64,000 bases of DNA from an uncultured bacterium (lineage in GTDB: Bacteria > Auribacterota > Erginobacteria > Erginobacterales > Erginobacteraceae): contig CAWGIE010000026.1 of NCBI GenBank assembly GCA_963822585.1, positions 96,001 to 160,000 of the forward strand, given 5' to 3'. Shown one piece after another: positions 9,681 to 18,644 of the stretch. Under the pieces are notes generated by a model. That model worked only from the letters and a program-made list of their open reading frames with translations, was not told the origin of the DNA and did not search any database. A program made the translations under genes and the position numbers. Positions within the stretch are counted from its first letter, which is position 1. Every line of letters begins with the position of its first letter.

Positions 9681-12068
9681 CTATCTCGTCACCGGGATGT
9701 CCCGTGCCCCGCCAAAGTAGCAACGGGAGATGCCCCGGATGGCCCACAGCCCGGAGCTTCCCCGGAAGATACCAATATTGTCCACTCCGCTTCCATCATA
9801 GTCAGCCGGGACCGGTGAATCAGCTGAAGAACCGAAATATACCCTCGTTACCTCTCTTATGGCCCAGAGCCCCGATGAACTCCGGAAGATACCGGGGCTC
9901 CAGGCTCCGTTTCCGTCATAATCACCGGGAACAATCTGGTCGCCAAGAGAACCAAAATAAACCCGGCTGATTCCTCGGATAGCCCAGAGTCCCGCCGATC
10001 CGCGGAAGAGGCCTATATCTTTCGTGGAATCGCCATCGTAGTAACCGGGTACCGGAGAATCCCCTAAACTACCGAAGTAAACGCGGGAGATACCCTGGAT
10101 GGCCCACAGACCGGAACTCTTTCGGAAAATCCCGATCTCGTTGGTACCATCGCCATCGTAGTCGCCGGGAACTGCCGTGTCGTCGGAGGAACCGAAGTAA
10201 GACCGGGTTATTTCTTTTACAGCCCACAATCCGGAACTGCTCCGGAAGATGCCGATGTCGGTGGTGGTATCTCCGTCGTAATCTCCGGGAACCGGGAGAT
10301 CTTCGGATGAGCCGAAATATACCCGTGTGAGGTTGCGGATGACCCAGAGCCCGGAATTTTTACGGAAAATGGCGATATCCGAAATCCCGTCCCCGTTATA
10401 GTCGCCAGTATCCATAACCCATCTAATCCAAAGGGCCGTTGGATGATCGGCCCATAATTCCCCTATCGGGGGCCAGCCTGCGGCTTCAGCCGTGCGATAA
10501 ACGGTCAAGTAATCGCAGCGGTAAAATATATAGGTATTAAAAGAACTAGGAATATCACCTTTGAAGTAAACTCCTATCAGGCCGGTGCAATAATAAAAAG
10601 CATGGTCCCCGATACTGGTGACACTGGAGGGGATCGTAACGGTGGTCAGGCCGGTACAATAAGCAAAAGCCCGGTCTCCGATACTGGTGACACTAGAGGG
10701 GATGGTATAGCTTCCCGACTTTCCTCCGGGGAATTGAATAAGTTCAGTCTGAGTCTTATTGAACAATACGCCGTCTAGACTGCTGTAGGCTGTATTAGCG
10801 GCATCCACGGTTATGGCCGTCAGGCCGCTACAATAGCTAAAAGCCCAGTTCCCGATACTGGTGACACTGGAGGGGATCGTAATGTTAAGCAGGCTAACAC
10901 ACTTATAAAATGCACTCTCCCCTATACTGATGACACTATTGCCTATCGTAACGGCGGTCAGGCTGGTGCAATAAGCAAAAGCACAGTCTCCGATACTGAT
11001 GACGCTGGAGGGGATCGTAACGCTGCTCAGGCCGGTGCAATAAGCAAAAGCCCAGTCTCCGATACTGGTGACACTGGAGGGGATGGTATAGCTTCCCGAC
11101 TTTCCTCCGGGAAATTGAATAAGTTTAGTCTGAGTTTTATTGAACAATACGCCGTCCAGACTGCTGTAGGCTGTATTAGCGGCATCCACGGTTATGGCCG
11201 TCAGGCCGTTACAATGACTGAAAGCCCAGTTCCCGATACTGATGACGCTGGAGGGGATGGTGACGCTGGTCAGGCTGTCGCAATAAGTAAAAGCCTCTTC
11301 TCCGATACTGGTGACACTGGAGGGGATGGTGACGCTGGTCAGGCCGGTACAATAAGCAAAAGCCCAGTCCCCGATACTGGTGACACTGGAGGGGATCGTA
11401 ACGCTGGTCAGGCCGGGGCAATCAGCAAAAGCCGAGTCTTCGATACTGGTGACACTGGAGGGGATGGTATAGCTTCCCGACTTTCCTCCGGGGAATTGAA
11501 TAAGTTCAGTCTGAGTTTTATCGAACAATACGCCATCCAGACTGCTGTAGGCTGTATTAGCGGCATCCACTGTTATGGCCGTCAGGCCGGTGCAATTATT
11601 AAAAGCCCAGTCCCCGATGCTGGTGACGCTGGAAGGGATCGTGATGGTGGTCAGGGCGATGCAGTCAGAAAAAGCTATGTCTCCAATAATTGTAACGCTT
11701 GAGGGTATGGTGACGTTGGTCAGGCCGATACAAGAATAAAAAGCTCCGGCTCCGATACTGGTGACGCTGGAGGGGATGGTGACGCTGGTCAGACCGGTGC
11801 AACTCTCAAAAGCACCGATCCCTATACTGGTAGCGCTGGAGGGGATGGTGACGCTGCTCAGGCCGATACAAAAAGCAAAAGCCCAGTTTCCGATATTGGT
11901 GACCGGTAATCCCTCGATCGTATCCGGGATGACCACGTCACCGCCTGGACCGGTGTATCCAGTGATGGTAACCACACCACCCGAGGTCTGATAGGTAAAA
12001 TCTCCAGCTTGCGAATCAACTGCGGTAACTAAAAGGAAACCAAGTGTCATTAAAAAGACTTTCTTCAT
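9681..12068 (-). CDS. BspA-type leucine-rich repeat surface protein with FG-GAP-like C-terminal module
   Basis: Signal peptide, LxSVTIPSSVTSIGxxAFxxC repeats, GDYDGDG repeats ending DIPVTR. Confidence 0.9.
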   Translation of the reverse strand: MKKVFLMTLGFLLVTAVDSQAGDFTYQTSGGVVTITGYTGPGGDVVIPDTIEGLPVTNIGNWAFAFCIGLSSVTIPSSATSIGIGAFESCTGLTSVTIPSSVTSIGAGAFYSCIGLTNVTIPSSVTIIGDIAFSDCIALTTITIPSSVTSIGDWAFNNCTGLTAITVDAANTAYSSLDGVLFDKTQTELIQFPGGKSGSYTIPSSVTSIEDSAFADCPGLTSVTIPSSVTSIGDWAFAYCTGLTSVTIPSSVTSIGEEAFTYCDSLTSVTIPSSVISIGNWAFSHCNGLTAITVDAANTAYSSLDGVLFNKTQTKLIQFPGGKSGSYTIPSSVTSIGDWAFAYCTGLSSVTIPSSVISIGDCAFAYCTSLTAVTIGNSVISIGESAFYKCVSLLNITIPSSVTSIGNWAFSYCSGLTAITVDAANTAYSSLDGVLFNKTQTELIQFPGGKSGSYTIPSSVTSIGDRAFAYCTGLTTVTIPSSVTSIGDHAFYYCTGLIGVYFKGDIPSSFNTYIFYRCDYLTVYRTAEAAGWPPIGELWADHPTALWIRWVMDTGDYNGDGISDIAIFRKNSGLWVIRNLTRVYFGSSEDLPVPGDYDGDTTTDIGIFRSSSGLWAVKEITRSYFGSSDDTAVPGDYDGDGTNEIGIFRKSSGLWAIQGISRVYFGSLGDSPVPGYYDGDSTKDIGLFRGSAGLWAIRGISRVYFGSLGDQIVPGDYDGNGAWSPGIFRSSSGLWAIREVTRVYFGSSADSPVPADYDGSGVDNIGIFRGSSGLWAIRGISRCYFGGARDIPVTR

Positions 12069-12398
12069 TTCCCTTCTCTTGGATCACAAGGAATCAAAAT
12101 ACAAAACCCGCCTGGATATTCGATCCGATGGCAGGCTGTGGGTAAAAAAACGTTGTGGCACCGGATTTTCATTTATCTCAGGTGCTCCAATAGAGATTAT
12201 CGCTAACCGCTCAAATCATAAGCACACTTTTCCGGATAGGGCAAGGATTTTCTGACCGCTCAGGAGATCTGGTTGTTACTCTTAACCGGGGAGATTGCGG
12301 TGATATCGAGATGATCGAGGCAGAGTTGGGCATGTTTCTTACAATCGGGGAGTTGTTGGGGAAAAGATCGGGGATCGGTGTCAGAGAGAATGGTCCCA

Positions 12399-12539
12399 TT
12401 TGATGACGCTCTGAGACACCCGTCATCAAAGTCTGAAAACGGGGACGACGGGTGTCCCAGAGCGTGGCTGATATGGGATGTCTTTACAATCGGTTTCCGG
12501 ACGGTGAGGGATGGGCACCGGAAGATATGTTTGGCTTAA
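12399..12539. mobile_element. Cassette junction D
   Basis: Hairpin tttgatgacg/cgtcatcaaa; core ACGGGGACGACGGG at 12439, identical to 16114-16127 at the tRNA-Asp 3' end; conserved arm. Confidence 0.85.
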
Positions 12540-12670
12540 CCAATTCACTGCCAATGCATTCGGGGAGTAGCGAAACCATTTTTGGATTGAATTTGACAAT
12601 ATTTTTAAGCTGGAATGGAGGCGTCACCGGGAGGCAAGCGCTATTTATTGCCGAACCGGCCGCGTCATGG

Positions 12671-13606
12671 TTAAATTGATTCACTTTTCCCCTCTTTTCC
12701 CTCCAAAATTTCGAAGAGTTCCATAATTATGATGTTGGTCTTTCCAAATTCGACATGTAATGCATAATAGTTTATCAGTGCTTCCAAGAAACCTTTGTTT
12801 TGACAAGCTACAAATCTTTGAGCTCTTTCAATGATTCCAACGCTGTATTGCAATATAAAGTCTGGAGGGAGAAACATACTTACCGCCCTCTGACCTGCGA
12901 CCAAGAGAGTCTTTCCAGAGATTGGGAAAATGAATTCCTTAAGACAATTGACTGGATCATGATCATTATCACCGCGAGTAATAATCGGATTATCACCTAC
13001 AATGAACCATTTTTTGCCATCTCCAGTATAGAGGAATTGCCAGTCTTCCAGGCTACTCCGCCAGCTCTTATCTTTGAAAAATGGGGCAAATGGAACTATA
13101 ATCTTAGCTGTTTTTTTAAAAGCTGATGAAGTTGTTATTTTTTTTATCATCTCTTTCGGTACTGCATCACCGGTTTTACTTAGAAGTTTGAAGTAATCCA
13201 AGTCAGTTTCTCCACGAAAAAATTCCTCCGATAATTTTTCTACAAGTTCAACATTGCTTGGCAATCTCCAATGAAGGAATAACAAAAAAAGAAAAATGTT
13301 GATTTTGTCCTGAAGTTCAACGGATGTATCAAGAGTAGAGTTTCTAATCCTATTAAACGGACCCCAAGATTGATTCTCTATCTCTGTATAAAGCTCCTCT
13401 AAGAAATCTGAGTTGCTTCCGTCTGGAAGTGAGACTGTATTCAAATTATTTTCAAAGAAAAAAGCATCTGGAGCAGTTGGAAATATTTCACGACTCTGTT
13501 TATCGTAGACAAAGAATCCTCTATCTTCGTCTGTAAATCCCCTCAAATAATGACTGGGGAGATAATGATGCTTTTTAGACCGAACCTTCTTCATGGTTAG
13601 TGGCAA
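12671..13606 (-). CDS. DUF4238 domain protein
   Basis: N-terminal KHHYLPSHYLRGF, later FIVGDNP and FPIS motifs; low GC. Confidence 0.75.
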   Translation of the reverse strand: MPLTMKKVRSKKHHYLPSHYLRGFTDEDRGFFVYDKQSREIFPTAPDAFFFENNLNTVSLPDGSNSDFLEELYTEIENQSWGPFNRIRNSTLDTSVELQDKINIFLFLLFLHWRLPSNVELVEKLSEEFFRGETDLDYFKLLSKTGDAVPKEMIKKITTSSAFKKTAKIIVPFAPFFKDKSWRSSLEDWQFLYTGDGKKWFIVGDNPIITRGDNDHDPVNCLKEFIFPISGKTLLVAGQRAVSMFLPPDFILQYSVGIIERAQRFVACQNKGFLEALINYYALHVEFGKTNIIIMELFEILEGKEGKSESI

Positions 13607-13630
13607 TCTGCCAATTCCATATTGAATTTT

Positions 13631-14215
13631 TCATGGTAGGCCATTGGTGATTTTAACTATTCTAGGATCGGGGTGGGTTTTGAGTTTTTTCTTATTGTAG
13701 GTTACGAAGTCGGGATGGGTGGAGAGGCGGTATCGGCCGGATCGGTCGGCTTGAATGAATTTCTCGCCGTCCTTTTCCTTTAAGCTCCCTTCAACTCTCT
13801 CTCTGATGTGGCCATAGCGCTGATATCTCATAGGGTCACTGATGAGGTCTTCATCGAAGAGATCGACAGCGTTGACCCAGCCTCCCTTTCCTTTCTTCAG
13901 CTCTATCACGAAACGTAGGAGTAATGCGAACGGGCTGTCACCTAAATCAAGTTTGTCGCTATTTACGATAATGGAGTTGCTTCTTTTTCGTGGAATTGTT
14001 CCCGGGATGTTGAGCTGATCCTGGCACTTATAGTCGTATTTCTCATAATCGGTGAGCTGGGCGGAGGTGAGGGCACGAACCGGGGTGGGGAGGCCAGCGG
14101 GCGGGCGTTTCTTCAGGGCGGAGAGGTAGGAAATTTTGAAGTCTCGTTTGCCGAAAGAGGCCGGGCAGGTGACCGGGAAGATAGAGGAGGTAGAGAAGTC
14201 GGATATATCCGTCAT
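13631..14215 (-). CDS. Hypothetical protein, possibly N-terminally truncated; paralog of 1..656
   Basis: 194-aa ORF with DNA and protein similarity to the ORF at the left edge. Confidence 0.65.
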   Translation of the reverse strand: MTDISDFSTSSIFPVTCPASFGKRDFKISYLSALKKRPPAGLPTPVRALTSAQLTDYEKYDYKCQDQLNIPGTIPRKRSNSIIVNSDKLDLGDSPFALLLRFVIELKKGKGGWVNAVDLFDEDLISDPMRYQRYGHIRERVEGSLKEKDGEKFIQADRSGRYRLSTHPDFVTYNKKKLKTHPDPRIVKITNGLP

Positions 14216-14658
14216 CCTTTTTTCAAGCTTTCCGCGTCTATCAAGTCTTGGGGCCGGCCCGCGGTTTCCTTTGTCCGGATAAGGTCATCCCGGCTGATAA
14301 TCCAAATGGGAATTCCGCCGTAGGTACTCGTTTCACGATTATTCCAGACATCCGAAAATTTTAATCCGGATACCCCCATCATGACATCTATCCGATTGGG
14401 TTCCACTCCTATCTGGTAAATCATTTCCTTATCGGTGAAATCCTTCTCGGTGATATCGGCCAGCGGAGCCCCGAATTTCTCCAAGGCCGCCCATACCTTG
14501 CGGGCGTTTTCCGGGGTAGGTCTCACCCAGATGTCCAGATCCTTGGTGTACCTCGGAGCGGTGTAGTAAATCACGGCGTAAGCCCCGATGATGAGATACT
14601 CAACGCCGTGATCGTTTAATATTTTGAACAGCTCTTTTAAATCCGGGTTTACTCCCAT
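14212..14658 (-). CDS. Nucleotidyltransferase-fold protein (DUF6036-like)
   Basis: YLIIGAYAV...PRYTKDLDIWV, RIDVM, K..AGRPQDLID motifs. Confidence 0.8.
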   Translation of the reverse strand: MGVNPDLKELFKILNDHGVEYLIIGAYAVIYYTAPRYTKDLDIWVRPTPENARKVWAALEKFGAPLADITEKDFTDKEMIYQIGVEPNRIDVMMGVSGLKFSDVWNNRETSTYGGIPIWIISRDDLIRTKETAGRPQDLIDAESLKKG

Positions 14659-14815
14659 CTCCGCCTCTCATCGCCGATAGCTCGGCAAGCATTTCCCAGG
14701 CGGCACTGAATCGTGCCTCGTGTCCCGCCCGAAGCCAAAATTCCCGGTCTATTCCCTTGGTTGACTGCTCACCCAAGCGAACCAGTTTAGCCATCCTGAC
14801 TTTATTCTTCTTCAT
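14600..14815 (-). CDS. Small protein coupled to the nucleotidyltransferase (putative TA partner)
   Basis: 71 aa, DREFW....EARFSAAWEM motif, overlaps the downstream NTase gene. Confidence 0.6.
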   Translation of the reverse strand: MKKNKVRMAKLVRLGEQSTKGIDREFWLRAGHEARFSAAWEMLAELSAMRGGDGSKPGFKRAVQNIKRSRR

Positions 14816-14934
14816 AAATTCTATTATACCAAAAAAGCAAAAAAGTGAAAGAATTTTAACGGGTATCGGGGACCCTTTTACGGACTTGTGCGCCACCATT
14901 TCTTTCTGAACCGATGGACATCCTTCGATTCCAA

Positions 14935-15082
14935 TAGAAAAGCCGGAGAGGATCTTTCCTCTCCGGCCTTTCTACGGGCATGACCCCGCTAAACCGGGGG
15001 AGCGTTGTTAATCTGGGATTATCTGAAGATCTGCTTCCGTCCCATCAGAAACCGTCACCGGACAATTTGCCCGGTTGGCTGA
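14935..15082. mobile_element. Cassette junction E
   Basis: Hairpin tagaaaagccggagagga/tcctctccggcctttcta, core ACGGGCATGAC at 14974, conserved arm. Confidence 0.8.
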
Positions 15083-15085
15083 ACT

Positions 15086-15265
15086 TCATTCCGCGCCGAG
15101 ATTTTTCAGTATCTTCCTTGCCAATGGCTCTTTAATCTCGGAATGCCGGGGGACCGCTTCCGTTACACCGTTTTTCGGATTGATCCAGAGCGAATGTGAG
15201 CGGCCTTAGCGCTTCAGGTAGCAACCTGCGATCCTCAGCCTGCGCTCGAGGTCACCTCGCTTCAT
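15086..15265 (-). pseudogene. hicA: HicA family toxin with a premature stop
   Basis: Manual translation MKRGDLERRLRIAGCYLKR*GRSHSLWINPKNGVTEAVPRHSEIKEPLARKILKNLGAE; TAA at 15206-15208. Confidence 0.85.
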
Positions 15266-15480
15266 CCGATCATCACCTTTTCCTGGATAGTACCCTTTGG
15301 CAGCCCCCGGAGAATGTCCGCTCGACGATCCTCCAGAATTAGTTCAATTGCCTGTTTCAGATTGCTTTTGGTTTCTTCAATGGTTTCGCCCTGTCCATTG
15401 GCTCCAGGCACTTCCGGGCAAATGGCCCAATAACCGCCTTCCGGCGCCGCTTCAATAATTGCCGTGAATTCAGCTTTAAT
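15262..15480 (-). pseudogene. hicB: HicB family antitoxin with ATT in place of the start codon
   Basis: (I)KAEFTAIIEAAPEGGYWAICPEVPGANGQGETIEETKSNLKQAIELILEDRR...; ATGA overlap with hicA; GGAG RBS upstream. Confidence 0.8.
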
Positions 15481-15639
15481 TGTATCCAGTCTCCCTTAAT
15501 TCCTGATTTGAAATGTACGACACAAGTATAAGTATACCCGGTTTAAGAGTTGTTTCTCAACAAAAAATAGGCAAAAAGATGTGCAGGTCAAAACGCAGGT
15601 CAACATGCTCAGACCTTGCGGTGGGATTTGTATCTCCAA

Positions 15640-15803
15640 TAGAAAGGCCGGAGGGGAATCCCCCTCCGGCCTTTCTACGGGGACGACGGGACCCCGACGG
15701 AGTCGGGGCAACCCGCCTTTGGCGGGCAAGGCTCGAATTTACCCTGACTACGTCAGGGCTTTACCCCGGCTTGAATCATTCTAATTCAAGCCGGGGCCGC
15801 AAC
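15640..15803. mobile_element. Cassette junction F: duplicated tRNA-Asp 3' ~29 nt interrupted by four hairpins
   Basis: acggggacgacggga[2 hairpins]ctcgaa[2 hairpins]ccgcaac matches tRNA 16114-16142 once the inserts are removed; preceded by a hairpin like those at junctions B and E. Confidence 0.85.
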
Positions 15804-16073
15804 TGATCGCGCCCCTTTTTTGGTTTTTAATTCTTTCTCGCGCTTTCGTGCTTCTTGATAGTTTGAATACTGTTCTCTGTAAACTAATCTCCAGGGTCCT
15901 TTGCCTCTAGTTCCCGTACTGAAATTGCGATTATGCTCCCTTATTCTTCTGGCAAGCCTGGTTGTGATTCCAACGTAAAATTGGCCTGTTGAACTGCTCT
16001 GGAGAACATATACCCAAACGGTTTTATGCTGTGGGGCGCGATCATGCGAGTTCATCGCCCGTCCTCCCTCCAT
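15786..16073 (-). CDS. Small GIY-YIG nuclease (UPF0213-like)
   Basis: WVYVLQS...FYVGITT.LARRIREHN, GPWRLVYRE, EARKREKELK. The start may be 16055. Confidence 0.88.
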   Translation of the reverse strand: MEGGRAMNSHDRAPQHKTVWVYVLQSSSTGQFYVGITTRLARRIREHNRNFSTGTRGKGPWRLVYREQYSNYQEARKREKELKTKKGARSVAAPA

Positions 16074-16078
16074 AAAGT

Positions 16079-16108
16079 GAAAAAGGAGGGCATGACGCCC
16101 TCCTTTTT
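16079..16108 (-). terminator. Intrinsic terminator-like hairpin 3' of tRNA-Asp
   Basis: aaaaaggagggc-atgac-gccctccttttt, with symmetric A/T tails. Confidence 0.75.
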
Positions 16109-16114
16109 CGCTTA

Positions 16115-16668
<554 letters not shown>

Positions 16669-16728
16669 GGGAAAACAGATATAAGGGATAAGAGTTAAGG
16701 GATAAGGTAGTTGAACTTCATTAGGGAA

Positions 16729-17166
16729 TCAACCATATTTTTCGGCTGACTCATAAACCATATATCCTGTTTGTCCCTCTGCTATTCGCCTTTGGTTTAA
16801 GGCTTGGATCATTTTAACCAGCATTTTGATCGTTTCGAAGTTATTTTCTTCTATTTGTGAGAGGAGATGCAAATCCAGATGCTTATTAATAATGATTGAA
16901 TCTTTGCAAATCTGGACCCAGTTATCGGTTTCAGTGGCGGAACGGAGAGCTATTTCAAGGTATCTGACGTATTCTTTCCCGCTTCGGCTGTTGCTTCCTT
17001 CCGCTATGTTCGCTCCCACAGATGTAGCAGAGCCGATGATCTGATCGATAATTCTGTTAAGCCCCGGTTTATTAGGTAATGCATCAACCAGCACTATGGT
17101 ATTCAGTGCAACATGATGAGCTTTTTGCCAGACCTTCAAACGCCGATACCCCGGGATATCCGTCAT
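16729..17166 (-). CDS. Four-helix-bundle protein (23S rRNA IVP / bAvd-like family)
   Basis: YRRLKVWQKAH...QIIGSATSVGANIAEG...YLEIALRSATET; flanked by inverted 7-mer repeats. Confidence 0.9.
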   Translation of the reverse strand: MTDIPGYRRLKVWQKAHHVALNTIVLVDALPNKPGLNRIIDQIIGSATSVGANIAEGSNSRSGKEYVRYLEIALRSATETDNWVQICKDSIIINKHLDLHLLSQIEENNFETIKMLVKMIQALNQRRIAEGQTGYMVYESAEKYG

Positions 17167-17239
17167 AATCAAACACCTCCAAGTATATATTTCTTCTTAA
17201 CCCTTATCCCTTACCCCTTATCCCTTACCCCTGTCTTTA

Positions 17240-17311
17240 TGGGCGCTACTGGATTTGAACCAGTGACATCTACCTTGTAAGGGTAGCGCTCTCCCGCTGA
17301 GCTAAGCGCCC
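17240..17311 (-). tRNA. tRNA-Val(TAC)
   Basis: GGGCGCTTAGCTCAGCGGGAGAGCGCTACCCTTACAAGGTAGATGTCACTGGTTCAAATCCAGTAGCGCCCA. Confidence 0.96.
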
Positions 17312-17328
17312 GGATAATTTTTAACGGG

Positions 17329-17357
17329 AAAGTACCCTCAAACATACCGACCGTCAA
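17329..17357 (-). promoter_or_regulatory. Sigma70-type promoter of the tRNA operon
   Basis: TTGACG - 17 bp - TACTTT immediately upstream of tRNA-Val. Confidence 0.6.
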
Positions 17358-17432
17358 GGGGTAAAACCCAGTCGCAACCCCCGGGTTGCCGATGGTCCGG
17401 TTAGAGGGAAGATCGGCCTTTTCACTTTTGCT

Positions 17433-18644
17433 TTGGACTTCGTTCTGTTACAGTACCGACAAATGGGAGAACCCGAAATGACAGATAAAAAGCTGCGGGA
17501 AGAGCTGAATCTTCTCCGGCACCGGCTGGAAGTGTTCAAGAAGAGGAACGCCCGGCGCCGGGGACTGCTCAAGAAGGTGCGGGATAACTACCGCCAGTGC
17601 GAGGCCATCGTCAATAACGTCAAGGACGGCATCTTCGTGGAAACCGTCCAGGGACGGATAGTGGACGTCAATGACGCGGTTTGCCGGATGCTGGGATACG
17701 GCAAAGAAGAGCTGCTCTCGATGAGTGTCGGCGACCTGGTCCCCCCCGAGGTGGCCTCCCGGTTGCCGGAGATTATCCAGGCCGAGACCGTTCGGGAAGG
17801 CGTATACATCGAGACGGTGAATATCCGGAAAGACGGGACCCCTCTCCCGGTTGAAGTGAGCAATACCCTGATCGAGATCGGGGGCGAGAAGCGGGTGATC
17901 GCCATCATTCACGACATATCCGAACGAGTGAGCGCCCGCAAGAAATTACTGGCGGCCTATGAAGACCTCGAGCGCCGGGTGGAGGAACGGACCGAAGAAC
18001 TGGCCCGGATCAATCGGGAGCTGGAGGATGAGATCGCGGAGAGGAAGAAGGCCGAGGAGAAGCTGCGCGAGGAACACCGGCTCTTTATCGGGGGTCCGAC
18101 CGTGGTGCTCAAATGGAAGGCCGCTCCGGGCTGGCCCGTGGAGTACGTCTCTCCGAATATCCAAACCCAGTTCGGCTACAAGCCGGAAGTACTCACCGGG
18201 GGAGATCTGCTCTACGCGTCCATCGTTCATCCGGACGATCTCTCCCGGGTCGCGGAGGAAGTAAAATCCTACAGCCAGTCGGGCCAGCCCTGCTTCGAAC
18301 AGTGTTACCGGATTCTCGACGCCGGCGGACGATACCGCTGGATAAGCGATTTCACGGTAGTGACCAGAGACGGTGCCGGAGAGATCACCCACTATCACGG
18401 CTATGTCGTCGATATTACCGATCGGGTGAGGAACGAGCAGGAACTGCGCAAACACCGCGAGCACCTGGAGGAACTGGTCGCGAAGCGCACCAGCGAGCTG
18501 GAAAGCATGGTCGACGCGATGGCCCGCCGGGTCGTCCGGATGTCCGATCTGGAAATTATCGTGGAACGCATGAAGAAACAGCTACGTGACGCCGGTTTGC
18601 TCCCTTTCGGGGAAACCGAAGAAGAAGACCGCCCCGGGGAGTGA
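17433..18644 (+). CDS. PAS/PAC domain sensor protein
   Basis: Two PAS-PAC domains (RKDGT.LPVEV...DISER; VHPDD...DITDR) and coiled coils. The start is probably near 17478. Confidence 0.85.
   Translation: MDFVLLQYRQMGEPEMTDKKLREELNLLRHRLEVFKKRNARRRGLLKKVRDNYRQCEAIVNNVKDGIFVETVQGRIVDVNDAVCRMLGYGKEELLSMSVGDLVPPEVASRLPEIIQAETVREGVYIETVNIRKDGTPLPVEVSNTLIEIGGEKRVIAIIHDISERVSARKKLLAAYEDLERRVEERTEELARINRELEDEIAERKKAEEKLREEHRLFIGGPTVVLKWKAAPGWPVEYVSPNIQTQFGYKPEVLTGGDLLYASIVHPDDLSRVAEEVKSYSQSGQPCFEQCYRILDAGGRYRWISDFTVVTRDGAGEITHYHGYVVDITDRVRNEQELRKHREHLEELVAKRTSELESMVDAMARRVVRMSDLEIIVERMKKQLRDAGLLPFGETEEEDRPGE

Noticed and set aside
12441..12527. Minus-strand reading ISHALGHPSS as a tyrosine-integrase box II remnant
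   Set aside because: The equivalent frame has an internal TAG in junction A, while the plus-strand frame is open and better conserved across the arms.
1809..15803. Classical integron attC sites or Xer/dif modules
   Set aside because: The junctions lack the RYYYAAC..GTTRRRY attC organisation and the dif consensus; the core matches the tRNA-Asp 3' end instead, and no IntI is present.
16729..17166. Diversity-generating retroelement (Avd-like gene plus repeat-rich surface genes)
   Set aside because: No reverse transcriptase, and no TR/VR pair differing at adenines was seen.
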